A DNA stretch of 64,000 bases from the human T2T-CHM13v2.0 reference genome, Homo sapiens: assembly GCF_009914755.1 (NCBI RefSeq), contig NC_060929.1; one strand, given 5' to 3'. Position 1 is the first letter of the stretch. Each line of letters starts with the position of its first letter. Below are positions 43,528-58,837 of the stretch, piece after piece. A program made the position numbers and the translations under genes. The notes under the pieces were generated by a model. That model had not been told where the DNA came from. It ran no database searches and saw nothing but the letters and a program-made list of their open reading frames with translations.

Positions 43528-46130
43528 ATCAGATCCTTAAATACAAACAGCCATTGACCTCGGATACCCTTGCACTCTATTGCATGAGGCCACGTGGTTT
43601 GATTGGCACACTGTGCCAGCGTGGCCAGGCTTCCTTCTCTCTCTGCCTCAAGTGACAGCAACACCTCCCTACCCCCACCACATCAAGCAGCCTCCATGTG
43701 TTGAAGCCAGTGAAACCAGTTATTTGGGGACCAGTGGATGTAGTCTGGGGGCCCTGGCACAGTCCCATGACCTCTGCGTCATCAGAATGTGGGTGTGTGG
43801 GGCCAGCCCTGGACAGAGTCCCATCCACACCTGCCATCTTGAAACAGGTCAGCTCGCCAAAAATCAACCGGTGGATAACCAATTTGGCCAACCAACAAAT
43901 TGTCAAATTTTCTGAGTTTTAAGATCTTGTCTCTTTTAAACTCTTCTAAAGTTTATAGCCATTTTTTACAGGAAGGATTGGCAGGGTCCCAAGGGCTGGG
44001 AGGGCCCCAGGGTCTCTGGGGCCTCCATTTTCCCTGTCTGTAACCCCACCTCTGCCATTCTGCTCCAGTTTTCTCTGAGTCGTCACCTCCCCTCTTTTTC
44101 TGACCAGTCTCTCTCCCTTCTCCTTCTGACCTTCACGCTACTCCACCTCTCTGACATTCAGTCACTCTCCTTTCCCTGATCCTTGTTCTCCCCCTTCTCT
44201 GACTTTCTCTGAATGTGGCATCCCAGGGGTGCTGGGTATAGTCGTGTAGTTCGTGCACTGCACAAAAGTGCCTGGCTGGCTCTGCTTGCCAAGATCCATC
44301 TGGAGAGATCCCATTTCCATTGTGTGCTAATGGTTTGGGGAGGCTTAGCAGAGGCCAAGCCTGTGCTTTGCATGGATTCTTCTCTATGTCTCCTGAAGCA
44401 GAGGGTCCCCCTCTCTTGGCACTAACTCCCCAAAGTACAGCAGAGCAGGGAGCTTGAGAAGATAAACAGCAGATGTTCTGAAAATGCCATTGTGAAATCA
44501 AAATGGAAACTAGTCAACTAAAAGCATCCAAAGGTGTTAAAAACTTCTGTTTATTAAAATATGATTGGCTATGGACTTCAGAAACAGTTTTAAAAAGTCA
44601 TGTTTTGGGTAAATTGGCAAATTTGGTAAACTTAGCAGCCCGATGGGCTGGCTTTCACCACTTGGCCTGGCATGCAGGAATAGGGAGGTCCGTCACTCTT
44701 TTGGGACATTTCTTCCCCACCAAAAGGACTGTTGGAAGATACAGCCCATGCCGGTGAGTGGTTTCTATCTTATCCCCACTTCTAGAGTCCAGGAGGGCAC
44801 CATGATAGGCCCCAGGGGTTTGTAGGAGGCTGGGTTTCTGTAAGTTCAGCACTGCAGCTGCCTTCCCCACGTAAGAGGAAGGACTGTGGTGCCTGCTCCT
44901 CTCTTGTGAGCTCACTGCTGCCTCAGCCTGTGGCTCCAGGAGTGTCTACCTAGAGAAGCACAGCCTTTTAGGGCACACTCACTGTCACTGTGTTCTACAG
45001 CCAGTCACATGAGCGACAGAGACCGCAGCTGTCCAGGAAGGCTCAGGGCAAGGCGACCACTGGCTCTGACTCCAGCACCAGTGGAGACACCTTGCATGGC
45101 GAGGCTGCGACGCAGTCTCCTTTGCGTGGCTGCAACCCTGCACGCTTCCACGTGAAAGCAGACCCTCTGAAGCTGTTCTTCCAAATGGCTTTATGCCACA
45201 TATATTTTTGAAATGTGCTTCCCTTCACCCCAAACAGCTGCTTGTCAGTCAGCAGGCGCCTTGCTAACCTGGGTTTGCACTGTGTCTGCTCCCTCGTTGC
45301 TATCAAGGGGATTCCGTTTCATCTGACAGTTCTACTGTTTTGAAGCCAATCTTTTGGATCAACTAAAGGTACCCCCTTTCTCATCCTCATGCCCATCAGA
45401 TGGTTTAGAGAGATCAATCAACCTCCGGCTAAGCATGCCTAACCGCAGCTCTGAAGGACTGAAAGCAAGATGCTAACGGAAATGGCGAACATTTCCATTT
45501 TCCTACTCTACACCCCTCTGACTTCAGCCCCTCTTCCACACTGGGCAGAAGACATCTGCTGCTTTTCTTAAAACCCAGTGATCAACAAAACTGCTGGATA
45601 AGAGTACAAGGGCAGAACCAACTTCTGGAGTAGGACAGATACTCTAAATTTAAATAGAAAATGTGTAATAGGGAATAAACAAACACGTCATTGTAACATG
45701 CTGAAATGAGCCTCTTACTAACTGTCAGCAGTGACACCGCGGTATTTTTCACAGGCAAAGGCGGTGTTGAACTCAAATGTCAGGGCCTGGAAAGGGGGCT
45801 GTTCTGAGGGAAGGATGCATTTTGATTCTGGACAGTATACGTTTTCCTTTGAATCACTGAGTCATTGGGTGTCTACAGGATCCTGGGGGTCAGCTCTTCT
45901 CAAAAGACTCAGGGATAAAGCTGATTTTCCCAAAGCAGCGGAGTGTGGGAAAGCGTGCTAACGTTGGCCAATGCGTGGAGGGCTGTGGCATCATCACGCA
46001 GCTCCTACTGTATACACAGAATCATCTGCTGAAATAAACACCAAGTGTGCTGCTCTCAAGCGTTTCAATGACCTCTGCTACATTAATTTCCTGATATTAC
46101 GAAGTTTCAAAATTCAAAAAAACAAAAACA

Positions 46131-46250
46131 GGCCAGGGGCAGTGGCTCATGCCTCTAATCCCAGCATTTTAGGAGGCCAGGAATTCGACATCAGCCTGAG
46201 CAACATAGTGAGACCCCTTCTATACAAACAGTTAAAAAAAAAAACCCAAA
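46131..46250 (+). mobile_element. FLAM/Alu left monomer
   Basis: Single diverged monomer with an A-rich tail. Confidence 0.85.
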
Positions 46251-46578
46251 ACCAAGGAAAAAGAAAATAGACTAGAAAATCAAGAGCCTTTTAAAAGCTT
46301 TTACGATAATACAGACTGAGCATAAATGAGAAGATTGCCATTCACAAGGGTGAATGCTGTCGGTACCTTACTGACCGGTGTCTCATAATTAAGGATTAGT
46401 TGATTCCTGTGTTTGTTAACTTGTTACTGTGACCTTTCTCAGTGTCAAGCAGGATGCTAAGCCCTGGGGATAAAAGATGACATTGCAGACCCTGCCTCAT
46501 GAAGTTTGGGGCCCAAGAGCAGCAAAAGATGTACAAGAATGAATACAGTAAGAGACAGAATAAGGTGAGTACTCATTA

Positions 46579-46953
<375 letters not shown>

Positions 46954-49214
46954 TCAGTGAAAACTCCTTTAGCCAAGATGTTGGATCAATTGATTGAATC
47001 ATCATAAGGATGGTGTACATGAGACCCTTCCTAAGCCACAAACTCAAATACTATGGTTTTTAATGGGCAAAAAATCACTGTTTCAGGCATGGTGGCAAGC
47101 GCCCCAATCTGGAGGCCTAAGGGCCAATATTTGTTCCTACTCTCTGGGAACAGTGTGGTTCAGAGCACAGGGCCCTGGAGAGCATGCCCTGAAGGCTGGG
47201 CTGTAGCCGGTTCTATTACTGGATACTTGGACAAGTCACTTGTCCGGTGTGAATCATTTCCTTTTCTGAAAAATTATGGGTTTTGACTAGTTCATCTCCA
47301 AGTTCCTGTCTGACAAAGGGTTCTGAATCTCTATTTCTAGAAGGTGAAAATTTACCCTGAGAAACTTCAAGTCACAGATGGTTTTTAGATAGAGGATTAG
47401 AATAATAAATAAAGCCTCTACCTGGGAAATGTAAGCATTTTCCCAGATTATAAGTCATTATCATTTCAAAATAAACTTGCAGAATATTTTTTTTAGAAGT
47501 ATAAATTATTGCCTGTGAACTGAAAGAGAGGTGAATGTCCTTAAGCCCAATCCGGTAAAGCTCTCCATCAGATTCAACTCTAGCAGCGGAAAGATGTTAA
47601 ACAGTATGAAAGAAGACAGAGGAGGTGAGTTTCTGGACCGCAGAGCCAGCGGCAGCCAGGCGTTGTCAGCTTTATATGCAGATGAGGTCCAAGTCACAGG
47701 GCCTCACAGCAGAGTTAATTCAACCTTGGATTTCCAGCCATTTAACACAGTCTCCAAATGCTGAGGTCTTTTCCTGGAAAAGAAACCTGCTCTGTTCTGC
47801 CTAAAATGCTCTTAAATGGTTTCAAAGTTGCTCAGTGTTTTGCTAATGTTTTAGGGAACTATGGAAAAGCTTGGGCACCACAGAGAGAAATCATGCTAAC
47901 AGGGGAGCATGGCTGCCTGGGGAACCGGCCCCGCTCAAACAGGCATTGCTATCAGCAATTCTTCTGCAGTGAGGCAGTGCTGGAATAGGTTCCCAACGCC
48001 CCCGTGTTCCACAGGGACAGGCTGGCAAAAGGGGCTGTGTTGGTGGTGACAAGGGCAGCTGAGGACACGAGGTCATGACTCGGCAGTGTCAGAGGTCTTC
48101 TGTGATGGGCACTGCCCTTGTGACAATCTAATTAGGTGTTGGATCAACGGATCAAATACTAAGCTGCAGGCTTTCAAAATGTCCATTAAAGGTTTAAAAT
48201 GTACGCAGGCCTTGAGTTTAATGGCCCACTAACAGAGCTCATCAAGCTCCACGGTTCTTGTGATGACGGTAAGAAGGACCCAGCCCCTGTGCTCCCGTTA
48301 TTGGCATACTCCAACACCTTCACGGCCTCCGGTCCTCTTTATTAGTTATTGACAATGACAACTGCACACATCTCGACATTTCTGCAAATATTTCTATTGT
48401 ATATGCGAAAGTAAGTTTCTACCGGATTTAATAGGACATGTGTTGTGACAACAATAAACAAGGAAAACAGAACCGAGTTCAAAAGACTCTTATTTCTTCT
48501 TATCGTCTTTTTCATCTCCATCTTTATAACCCAAAGGGCACAGTCTCCAACGGAAGGCTGTTTATAAACGGTAAGTTTTTTGCCACTGTTGATAAACGCT
48601 CTAAAAAAACCTTAAATTATATACCACGTCCTTTGGACTATAAAGCATGTACCTATTTTATCCATGTTTTTTGAACATTATCAGTGTTCGCACACATCCG
48701 AATTACACACATGGGCTTCATAACGAAGGATGCGTGTTGTTTATTTAAGGTTGCGCATAGAAATACAGACAGGCTTTGCTGCTGACACAGTGTCACACAC
48801 GCTTGCTCACAGCTGTATCCTCAGCAGACAGATGGGCCTGGGATCCCGCAGGGGCTCAATGCCTATGGGCACGTGATGGCCACGTAAGTAAGCTATGTCA
48901 GCACAAACATAACTGGAAAGGAAATTTTACTGGGGAACACTGAAGTAACGCGGATTAAATTTGGAAAAGAGACAGGGGTGGTTGTAAAGTTGACTTTCGA
49001 TGTTTAAAAAGTGGGCTAGAAATTTTTCAGCAAGACAAGTGTACTATTCCAATTAAAGGCAACCTCTTCCTTTCTGCAGCATTTGAGAAGTCCCAAGAAA
49101 TGCCTGAAGTGGGTCCTTTATTCCTAGACTCAAGGGCCTCCTTGAATAACAATCGTTCACATTTGAAGAAGAAAGTGTATTGAAGAGATTGCTAATTAAT
49201 CCAGCATCACATTA

Positions 49215-49646
<432 letters not shown>

Positions 49647-51764
49647 TCACCTCCCCTCTGCCTGGGCAGCCCATCTTGCCCAGTCCTGGGGCTTTGGCTC
49701 TGAAGCCTGCTCCTGCCCCATGCACCCCGCTCCTGGTCCCAGCAGACCCTGTGCCTGGCCACCATCGGCATCTCCCTAAATGCCATGGCCCTGCTCAGTG
49801 TCCTCCAGGGCTCCTCTCCTCTCTACCAAATGGACTATAAATTCCACTGGGCATTCAAGGCCTTGTGCAATCTGACACAGACTCACTTTCCAGCCATGAC
49901 TTCTCCACTTCTAGCCCAGATGGGACTTCCTGCTCTTCCCCTGACACACCTGGTGCTTTTGTTCCTCCTGCCATTGAATCCTGATTTTCAAAAACATCCC
50001 TCTTTCTAAGGCCCATCATCTTCACTGCTCATCTGTTCCCTAAAGCCTCTCTGACCTTTGACCTCCAAGCTGGGCCCCACCTCCTGTAAAGCCTGATGAC
50101 CCTGGAGCTCTCTGAGGGCAGGCATCATGTCCTGTCATGCGTCCAACCCCGGTGAGGCTGTGCTTGCTGAGATAACGCCCTGCGTGTCTCCCCTTGAATC
50201 ACTCAGCACAACATCTGCGTAGAAAAGATGCCCCAAGAACACCTGCTGCACTGCATTTCAAGCAGGACTGCAGGGGGCTCAGATGTCACCCAGCTTGACA
50301 GTCAAAGGCGCCTGCCGAGGCTCTCCAGCTGCACTGCTAAGCGTGCTCCTCACCCCTGCAAAACGAGGGCCTGGCCCCCAGACCACGAAAACTGGCAGAG
50401 AAAAATAACCCTGACCTCATTATGGACCCAATTAGTCCCAGAGTCGACTCACAAAAACAAACCCTGAACACCTGGCTCCGCATCCAGCCGCGTGAAACAC
50501 ACACCCACAGCTACTACAGGATCCACCTGGAAAAGAGCTTGTGCTTTTCCTTTACTGGGAGGCTAAGGTCATTTCTCAAATCCCTTCCACCACCAGCACC
50601 AACCTCTGAATGAGTATACGTTTTCTTAATTCTAGTCTCTAAAACATATCTGTTTTCTAGACTGCTCTATGGCAAAGTACAAGTCCCAGTGGTTGGAGAC
50701 CTCCGTCTCCATTCACCCTGGATCTGTTAGAGGACTGCATTCTGTAAGAGCACTGCCCTGCTGGGTACGATGAGGAGGCCTATGTTGGAAAGAATTAGGG
50801 AACCTCAGCAAAACACACATACTGCCATGGGGACAGCAACGTACCACAGCTCCTTCAGGGGCACTGTGATTTGCAAAATGGCACATATTCACATGAAGAT
50901 CGTGAAAATAAACCAGCAGGTATTGTTAGATTAGCACTGGAGTTTCAGTTTGTTTGCCCAATTGGCTCAGAAGCATCCTTTTTTGCAGGTAACTGAACAT
51001 TAGAGAGCATCTGCACTAGTGGAAACCTTTCTCAGCTCATGCTTAGCTAGAACTCCCGGAAGGTATGTGAGAAATTTTAAATCTCTGATTCTGGAGCCCA
51101 CAAAGAAGCTCAGGATTTCAACTGTCAATGCAGCAAATTCTGGAAGTCCATATGGAGGTGCCTAAGATTTTGGTGAATAGACGGCATTCATATAAATGGC
51201 TGGTGTAGCTCGCTGGAATGCTTGGAAACAATGGGCGAGGTTTTAAAAGGATTTGGAGTAACTCGAAGTTCTGGTGAGAGGTATGCTCGTTAAAGGAATT
51301 TTTTTATAGCTCCTAGCCTCTGTGATCAAGAATAAAACAATGTTTTTCTTGGATGCTCTTACTGAAACCATACAGTGTTGTATTGTTAAATTTTATGATT
51401 TCAAGGTGGCCAAAAATAATCTCAGATGAGACCTAAGCAGCCAGGAGGTTCTAACACTTCAGCACTTGCCCTTCTCATCAGTTTCATCAGATGATCACCT
51501 TATTAATCAGGAGCTAGAACTGAAATTTAGCAAGAAGACATACATTCATGCTGGTTTTCTAGGATTTACTTCTATACACACGTGCCTTGAAATGAAAACA
51601 ATGATTTCTATCTATAGACTGAATTAAACCCACTCAAACACAGTGTCTGCTCTCTCCAGCAAGTGACTCATGCCTTCTGAGTCCACTCTCAAAGGCCTGT
51701 GAAGCAGGAACCAAAAGCATTTCTTAGGAGATGCTCTGCATCCTGATGCTGCAACTGAATATTC

Positions 51765-51822
51765 CCAGTAGGTGGTGAGTCCTAACTCACAGTCCAGTAG
51801 GTGGTGGGTCCTAACTAATGGT
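51765..51822. repeat. 29-bp tandem repeat, 2 copies
   Basis: ccagtaggtggtgagtcctaactcacagt / ccagtaggtggtgggtcctaactaatggt. Confidence 0.9.
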
Positions 51823-53302
51823 CCACTGAGGAAGTTCCACACTCAGTACAGGGTTCTGGGTCTATCGCCCATTAGCTTAGGCAGGGGAATCCCTCACTGG
51901 TTTTCAGGTGGTTTACCCTTTCCCACGTGACCATGGGTAAGGGAAATAGAGGAGACAGGTGATAGAGACAGGGAAGAGTGGCCTGGGGGCTGGCAGTGGA
52001 AGAATACCCTGATGGGGAAGTGGGAGCAGGCTGTGTGTGGAGGTGGACGTGTGTGTGTTTGCACAAGCATGCATTCACAGAGAAACTGCTCGGGAACTGC
52101 AGGAGCAGAGGAGGAGGAGGGCAGATGTGGGTGATCACTCCAGGCTTGATCCTCCGTCTCCACCTCACACTTTCAGAGATGCCTGGGGGGATGCCCTTGG
52201 GCCAGGCTGTAAGGTGTGGTGGGGGAGAGGGGGTCCCCAGGTCCCTGCTCCGCAGGCCTCGCCCCTCTCAGAACCCACAAACGGTCTCAGGGGGGCATTT
52301 TGGAAGCTGGTGGCCACGTGAAGGAAGGAGAGAGGCCTGCAGCCTGTGGCCTAGCCTTGTTGTGTGGCTTCCCAGGGCTTCCCGTGCCCAGGAGAGGTCA
52401 GGCCGGCGGTGGGGGAAAGAGGGAGGGGCCAGCATTACCCAGGGTCCAAGGCCAAGCTGCCCATTCTGCCAGAGCTGAGCGCTGTGGACACCCCTGGCCA
52501 GGAGGCTTCCTCTCCTCACTTCACAGGCTCTGGCTGGGATAAGACAGTGTGATGCTGGCAGTGGCTGCTAGTTCTGCAGACATTCAAGGCACAACAGGTG
52601 CCCTTCACGGTAAGAAGTAGCAGTCTGTTTGCTTCCTTCCTGTGTATCATTTTAAAACACTGTAGACTATTTTTGGAGTATGTTTCACCAGCCATTTGTT
52701 TTAGAGTATTAAAAAAAGTCTATAGGTTTAAATGATAACGCTATAAAATAGACTTTAATTGAATGACAGCAGGACAGTGCTGACTGGGTCACAAGTTACA
52801 GGGCAGAAGGGTTATGTGACTCCCATGGCTGGGGAGACAGAGCAGCTGTCAACAGGCTTTCCACTGGAATACGTCTGCAATATCAAAACACTGGACCCAG
52901 GTCTTGCCTGTGGCCAACCTGAGCATGTAGGTAGGCCAGCCCACAGAAAGACAGCCACGCACGGCTTCCTGCCTACACCTTAGCCATCTGGTATGGGGTC
53001 AGCAAAGCATTCGTTTAAAGAAACAAACCACAGAAATAAAATCCCATAAATTGATTTTGGGGGAAGTTTATTTTCCCTTTCGCAAACAAATCATTTCTCA
53101 ATGGGAATAACCTGAAAGTAACCACAGGCTGATCACTTTGGAAAAGCATCCTGGGATCAGCGTCAAAGGTAAGCTTCAACTTGCCCCTGTTATTTTCTGA
53201 GGAAAATATTCCTTCAATGCCCCCAACGTCACATTAACCTTACAAAGGGAAGCAGGACTGAGAAGCAACAAAGTGTCCCTCATCAGAGAGCCCTGTCTAT
53301 CA

Positions 53303-53470
<168 letters not shown>

Positions 53471-53774
53471 TTAGCAGGGTACCAGCAGGAAGTCCTCCAG
53501 GAGCTACAGTAGGTGACGAAGCACGCCGACTCAGGTGCAGCCACTGAGGACAGAGCCCGCTACACTGGGTGACAAACATCAGGCAAGCACAGGACGGCCC
53601 AGGACGGGGGGAACTGACAGCAAATTGGGCTCCTAGGGGCAGGTACTCTGCCTCATCCCTGGGAGTGCAATGAGCCAGCCAACAAAGTGGACGTGAAACG
53701 AGGGGGATGCGTCACATTTTACGCAGATCCAATGAGAAACAGGTGCAGACCACTGGCTGGGAAGCCAAGATTCC

Positions 53775-54400
53775 TTTTTTTTTTTTTTCCTTCTCTCTTT
53801 CTTTTAATTTTTGAGGGAGACCAGAGTTTATTATTACTCATATCAGTCTCCCCGAGCATTGGGGTCAGAGATGAAATTATAGGAAGTCGGAGCTGTCTTC
53901 TTGTGCTCAGTCAGTTCCTGGGTAGGGGCCACAACAAGATCAGGTGAGCCAGTTTAATGATCTGCGTGGGGCCAGCTGATCCATCAAGTGCAGGATCTGC
54001 AAAATAAGCACTGAACTTTGGAGCAGTTTAGGGAGGATCAGAATGTTGTAGCCCCCAGCTGCATGATTCCTAAAACATAATTTCTAATCTTGTGGCTAAT
54101 GTTAGTCCTACAAAGGCAATCTAGTCCCCAGGCAAGAAGGAGGTCTGCTTTGGGAAAGTGCTGTTACCATCTTTGTTTAAACTATAAACTGTAAGTTTCT
54201 CCCAAAGTCAGTTCAGCCTACACCCAGGAATGAACAAGGACAGCTTGGAGGTTGGAAGCAAGATGGAGTCAGTTAAGTTAGATCTCTTTCACTGTCTCAG
54301 TCATATTTTTGCAAAGACGGTTTCAATCCCTCCCTTTGGGTTTTATTACACCTTAATCAAGTGTAGGCTATGAAGATGGGAAAAGACCATCCATTGCTCT
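53775..54400 (-). mobile_element. LTR8 (ERV1) U3-R with upstream polypurine tract and poly(A) tail
   Basis: On -: cccaaagggagggat|TGAAACCGTCTTTGCAAAAATATGACTGAGACAGTGAAAGAGATCTAAC (LTR starts 54325) ... AATAAA (53832-53827) ... ggtctccctc followed by an A-rich tail; flanked by GAAGCCAAGATT direct repeats. Confidence 0.88.
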
Positions 54401-54781
54401 GAGAAGCCAAGATTTCAACCCAGGTCCACCTGACTCCAGAATCCTTGCTCATTCCATTGAGCCACACAGAACCCTCTAGTCTAGCTCTATTTATTTTGGA
54501 TTCTCAAAATGCAACTGCGAGCCCTCCCTGCTCTCTGGAGGGTCTCTTCCTTGGGACCCACCTCTAAGCCTCCACTCCGTCCTTCAGGGATGCTGACATT
54601 TTGCGTGGTTGTTGATGGCTCCGTGCTACTCTCCTTACAACCCAACTCACTCCCAGTCTGTATGGGATTTCTGACCATAATTTGGTCAGTATGGCCCAAT
54701 TTAGATTTTTAATTTAAGAAAATTAAATACATATTTTGTGCAGAAAGCTATCAATGTGTTTCCATGAAAACATGAGTTTCT

Positions 54782-55065
54782 GACCAGCCATGGTAGCTTA
54801 AGCCTATAATCCCAGCACTTTGGGAGGCCAAGGTTGGAGAATTGCTTGAGCCTGGGAGTTCGAGACCAGCCTGGACAACAAAGCGAGACACCGTCTCTAC
54901 AAAAGAAATTCAAATATTAGTTGGGCATGGTGGCTTAGGAGGCTGAGGCAGGAGGATCGCTTGAGCCCAGGAGATTGAGGCTGCAGTGAGCTGTGATCGT
55001 GCCACCACTGCTCTCCTACCTGGGTGACAAAGCAAGACCCCACCTCTTAAAGAAGAAAAAATAAA
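54782..55065 (+). mobile_element. AluJ
   Basis: Diverged dimer, 'ggaggatcgcttgagcccaggag', internal deletion. Confidence 0.9.
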
Positions 55066-55294
55066 ATGACAGTTTCTTCCCTATGTGAATGAAAAGGAAG
55101 AAAAGCGAAAACAAAGCATCTAAACCTACATCCTGGCAGTGTTCAACCCTCTGCCTAGCCTGCGAAGGAGGAGAACGAGCTTCATCTGTTTTAATTAACA
55201 AAACGGCAATGTCCAGAGGTTCCAGGAACATGAGGCAAATCCCCAGCAATGTGAAGAAAGTGTGGTGTGGCGTGCTGTGCTAGAACAAAAAGGA

Positions 55295-55495
55295 GCATTG
55301 GGATCGGGCGGACCTGGATCCAAACCTTCACCTCATCGCTCCCCAGCTGTGCGAAGCACCACCTCTCCCACGGCTCCCCTTCTTGCTGCTCTGGTGGAAT
55401 AGTAAGAACAATAATATCCATCCCATAGGGTTACTGGGGAGTCAAGGAAATGTACATAAATGCCTGGCACATGAGCAGATGACCAATAAATGCCA
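55295..55495 (+). mobile_element. MIR remnant
   Basis: 3' end 'aataatatccatcccatagggttact..gcctggcacatgagcagatgaccaataaatg'. Confidence 0.65.
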
Positions 55496-56625
55496 GTGCT
55501 GTACCCCACGTGCTGTTCCTATATGCCATCGAGAGCAATTTTCAAATGGCTCTAATGTATAATTTGTCCTTTTTCTTTTTTTTTAAAGGGGTGGATGGAA
55601 TTCTAGCACACAGGTGGTGGGGGTCCCATACTTTTTGTGAGAAACTTGAACTGAAGTATTCAAGAACAAAACCTGTGTGTTACAGTAGCCACCCAAGATG
55701 ATGTTTATGATTCAAAAAACAAAATCCAGGAACACATGAAGCAAGAGAAAGCGTTCTGCTTTTGATTTATGTGCTTCTTTTTCCAGGAGAACATGAGCAG
55801 CTTCCCAGGACATGGAAACTGGCAGGCACTCTGGCTGGAGACATGCTGACAGCGCAGTAAGGGCTCCGGGCCGCTCCCCTCAAGGCAGTGCCTGGACAGG
55901 GGGCCCTCGTGGGCAGCCATGAGCCTTCCTTGGGACCAGCAGTTCCAGAGATGGAATTAATTCTCCAGAGGGCAGTGGAGGAGGAAGCCAATGAAGTAAT
56001 TCTATTTGTTCAAACCCAACTTGAAAGAGGGAAAAATGAGTCAACTCTTTCTTTGGAGTGGCTGCCAGTTTCCAGATAAAGTTTGTTCAATCAAGGAGCT
56101 CCCCATCTGAGGTGGGCATGCCAGGCACGGGTGTGGTGGTGACGGGTCAGGTGGCACATGCAGGATGGTGAAGGGCAGGTGAGGGCAGGCCGGGTCAACA
56201 CGGAGGCAGCGCCCCTGCAGCCACTGGGTGTGTCCCACTCTGCTGCCATGTGGCATGCATGCTCCATCATCCTCTGCCACCACGGTGAAGAGGCCAGTGC
56301 TGATTCCGTGGACATGGAAAACTGAGTGGGAGTCAGAAAACCTGGATTCTAACACTAGCCCAGCTTCCAGCTAGTTCTGTGTCTTTAACCTTTTCTTTCT
56401 GTGCCTCAGTTCCTCATATGATAAACAAGAAGGATGTACGACATGCATGACAGGTTTTCTCCCATAATCATAAAAATATACAATTACATGACTATAAGTC
56501 ACCGAACGAGATCTTTATGGCTTCCTAGTGTGACTGTCATGTAATTTAATATTGGGGAATTACTTGAGCTCTCGAGAAGAACTGGAAATCAGTTTCAGCA
56601 CCCCCCTGCCCCACCAAGGTGATCA

Positions 56626-56826
<201 letters not shown>

Positions 56827-58522
56827 CTAGAAGCAGAATGGAAAAAACGATTCAGAATCAAAGCTTTTCCTTCGTATGTTAATCACAAGCCAATTCACTA
56901 TACTTGAAAGTAATATAAGGAAAAGTGTCTGTAGACAAGCCAAGTTGAATTAAAATAAAATGTTCAGTCCTAATAGAAATTAACCGAGACAGCTGGCAAG
57001 CTGCTGTGAAATTAAAACACACACTGAAGTTTAATGGATCCCAACCACTCTTTTCCATACTGAGACTCGGGGAATCTCTAACCAAGGTAGAACCCACATC
57101 TCGAGCCTGAGAAACAGGTTTGAAATTAAGTCTTTGTTAATCTCATCAAATGGACTGGCTGGAAGCCACGTCAGGAAGAGGTAACTCTTAGAAATAAAAA
57201 AGTTATTTGGAATCAGTCAGCTCACAAAAATGTGCCTAATTATTCTGGCAGTGTAGAAACTGACTACAGAGGTTCTTATTCTCGGAGCTCTCACAGACAT
57301 CATGTAAACTGTTCAAAAGCATAATCAAAATAAAGGCATGTAAAGAACAAGGGATTCCTAAGACTTCTGTGGCAAAGGTGTGGAATATCTTTAAAGCCTG
57401 GCTTTCATTATGCAATTTTGGTTTTGATTGTTCACAAGGGTGAGAGTTACATCATGGAACCATCTTGGTCACTTTATTTCCATTTGCTGGTGGCTAAATG
57501 TTAAGAGATGGATTGTTACTGTCAAGACCAATTTGTGGTTGGCCTAGTGATGGGATAACTAGATAGGATTTTACTGACAGTCTGACCTCAGATGGAGGTA
57601 AGTGGTCAAAACAATTACTGCTTGATACGACAAAGTAATGTGCGGCCCAAGTAGGGATCAGGGTGAGGTGAGGGGATGAATTCAGGGCTATAGATGCCTT
57701 ACAGCTAAATGCAGAGAAACCTAATGATGTCTCATACCTATGGGTAGGGAAAATTAGCACACACAGAAATCAGATAATGTTTATACTTACAACAAACAGA
57801 ATGCTTTGGTCATCTCTATAAGGTTCTCTATCTCATTCCTACTTGTTTCTTATTCAACTTTCAGGGCACAGCAAGATCTACCTCCTCCAAGGAGGCATCT
57901 TACACTACATCACTATGTTCCTTCTCCCAGTGTTCGTGGCTCCTATATCCTCATGCAGGTGATGTGCTGTCTCAGATGACTGTTTAATTGTTGCTTCTGT
58001 ATTGTTCTGATCTGCCAGATGGGATATGATGCTGCTTGAGGGTAGCGACCATATCTTAAAATATTCTGTGTTGCCCTATGGTACCTAACGTTGTGCTTGG
58101 TCCCCAGGAGGCACCTGAATAAGGGACTGGGATTGGCCATTGAAGAAAGCATAAACAAAGCCTGGATCCCTGCTGTAAAATCAAACACAATGAAATACAA
58201 ACTCAAAGGTATCGTGGGTCCTAAAACCTTTGCTGACTGCAGAATAACTTATAAGAGCAAGAAAAACCATGAATGTCGTATCTATTCCTTGGCCACAGAT
58301 TCTCTGTGCCTCTGTCTCCTCCTATGGGATAAGGAGGCTGGACAGTGACATCTCAGATCACATCCATCTGTTAGAGTTCATTAATCCTCCAACTGTCTTT
58401 CCCTGCAGACATCTAGCACTTGGCCTCTGGGTATGACATCCTGGCCAACTTCATGTTTTGATGTCACTGATTTCTCATTTTACATAGAGGTGGAATACAG
58501 TTTTATTCTACTCTGAGTCTCA

Positions 58523-58837
<315 letters not shown>

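Noticed and set aside
43845-44640. Loosely inverted 'aatttggc/aattggcaaatttgg' motifs at ~43880 and ~44610 as ends of an old DNA transposon
   Set aside because: Similarity is too weak to define TIRs or a family by eye; needs a Dfam search.
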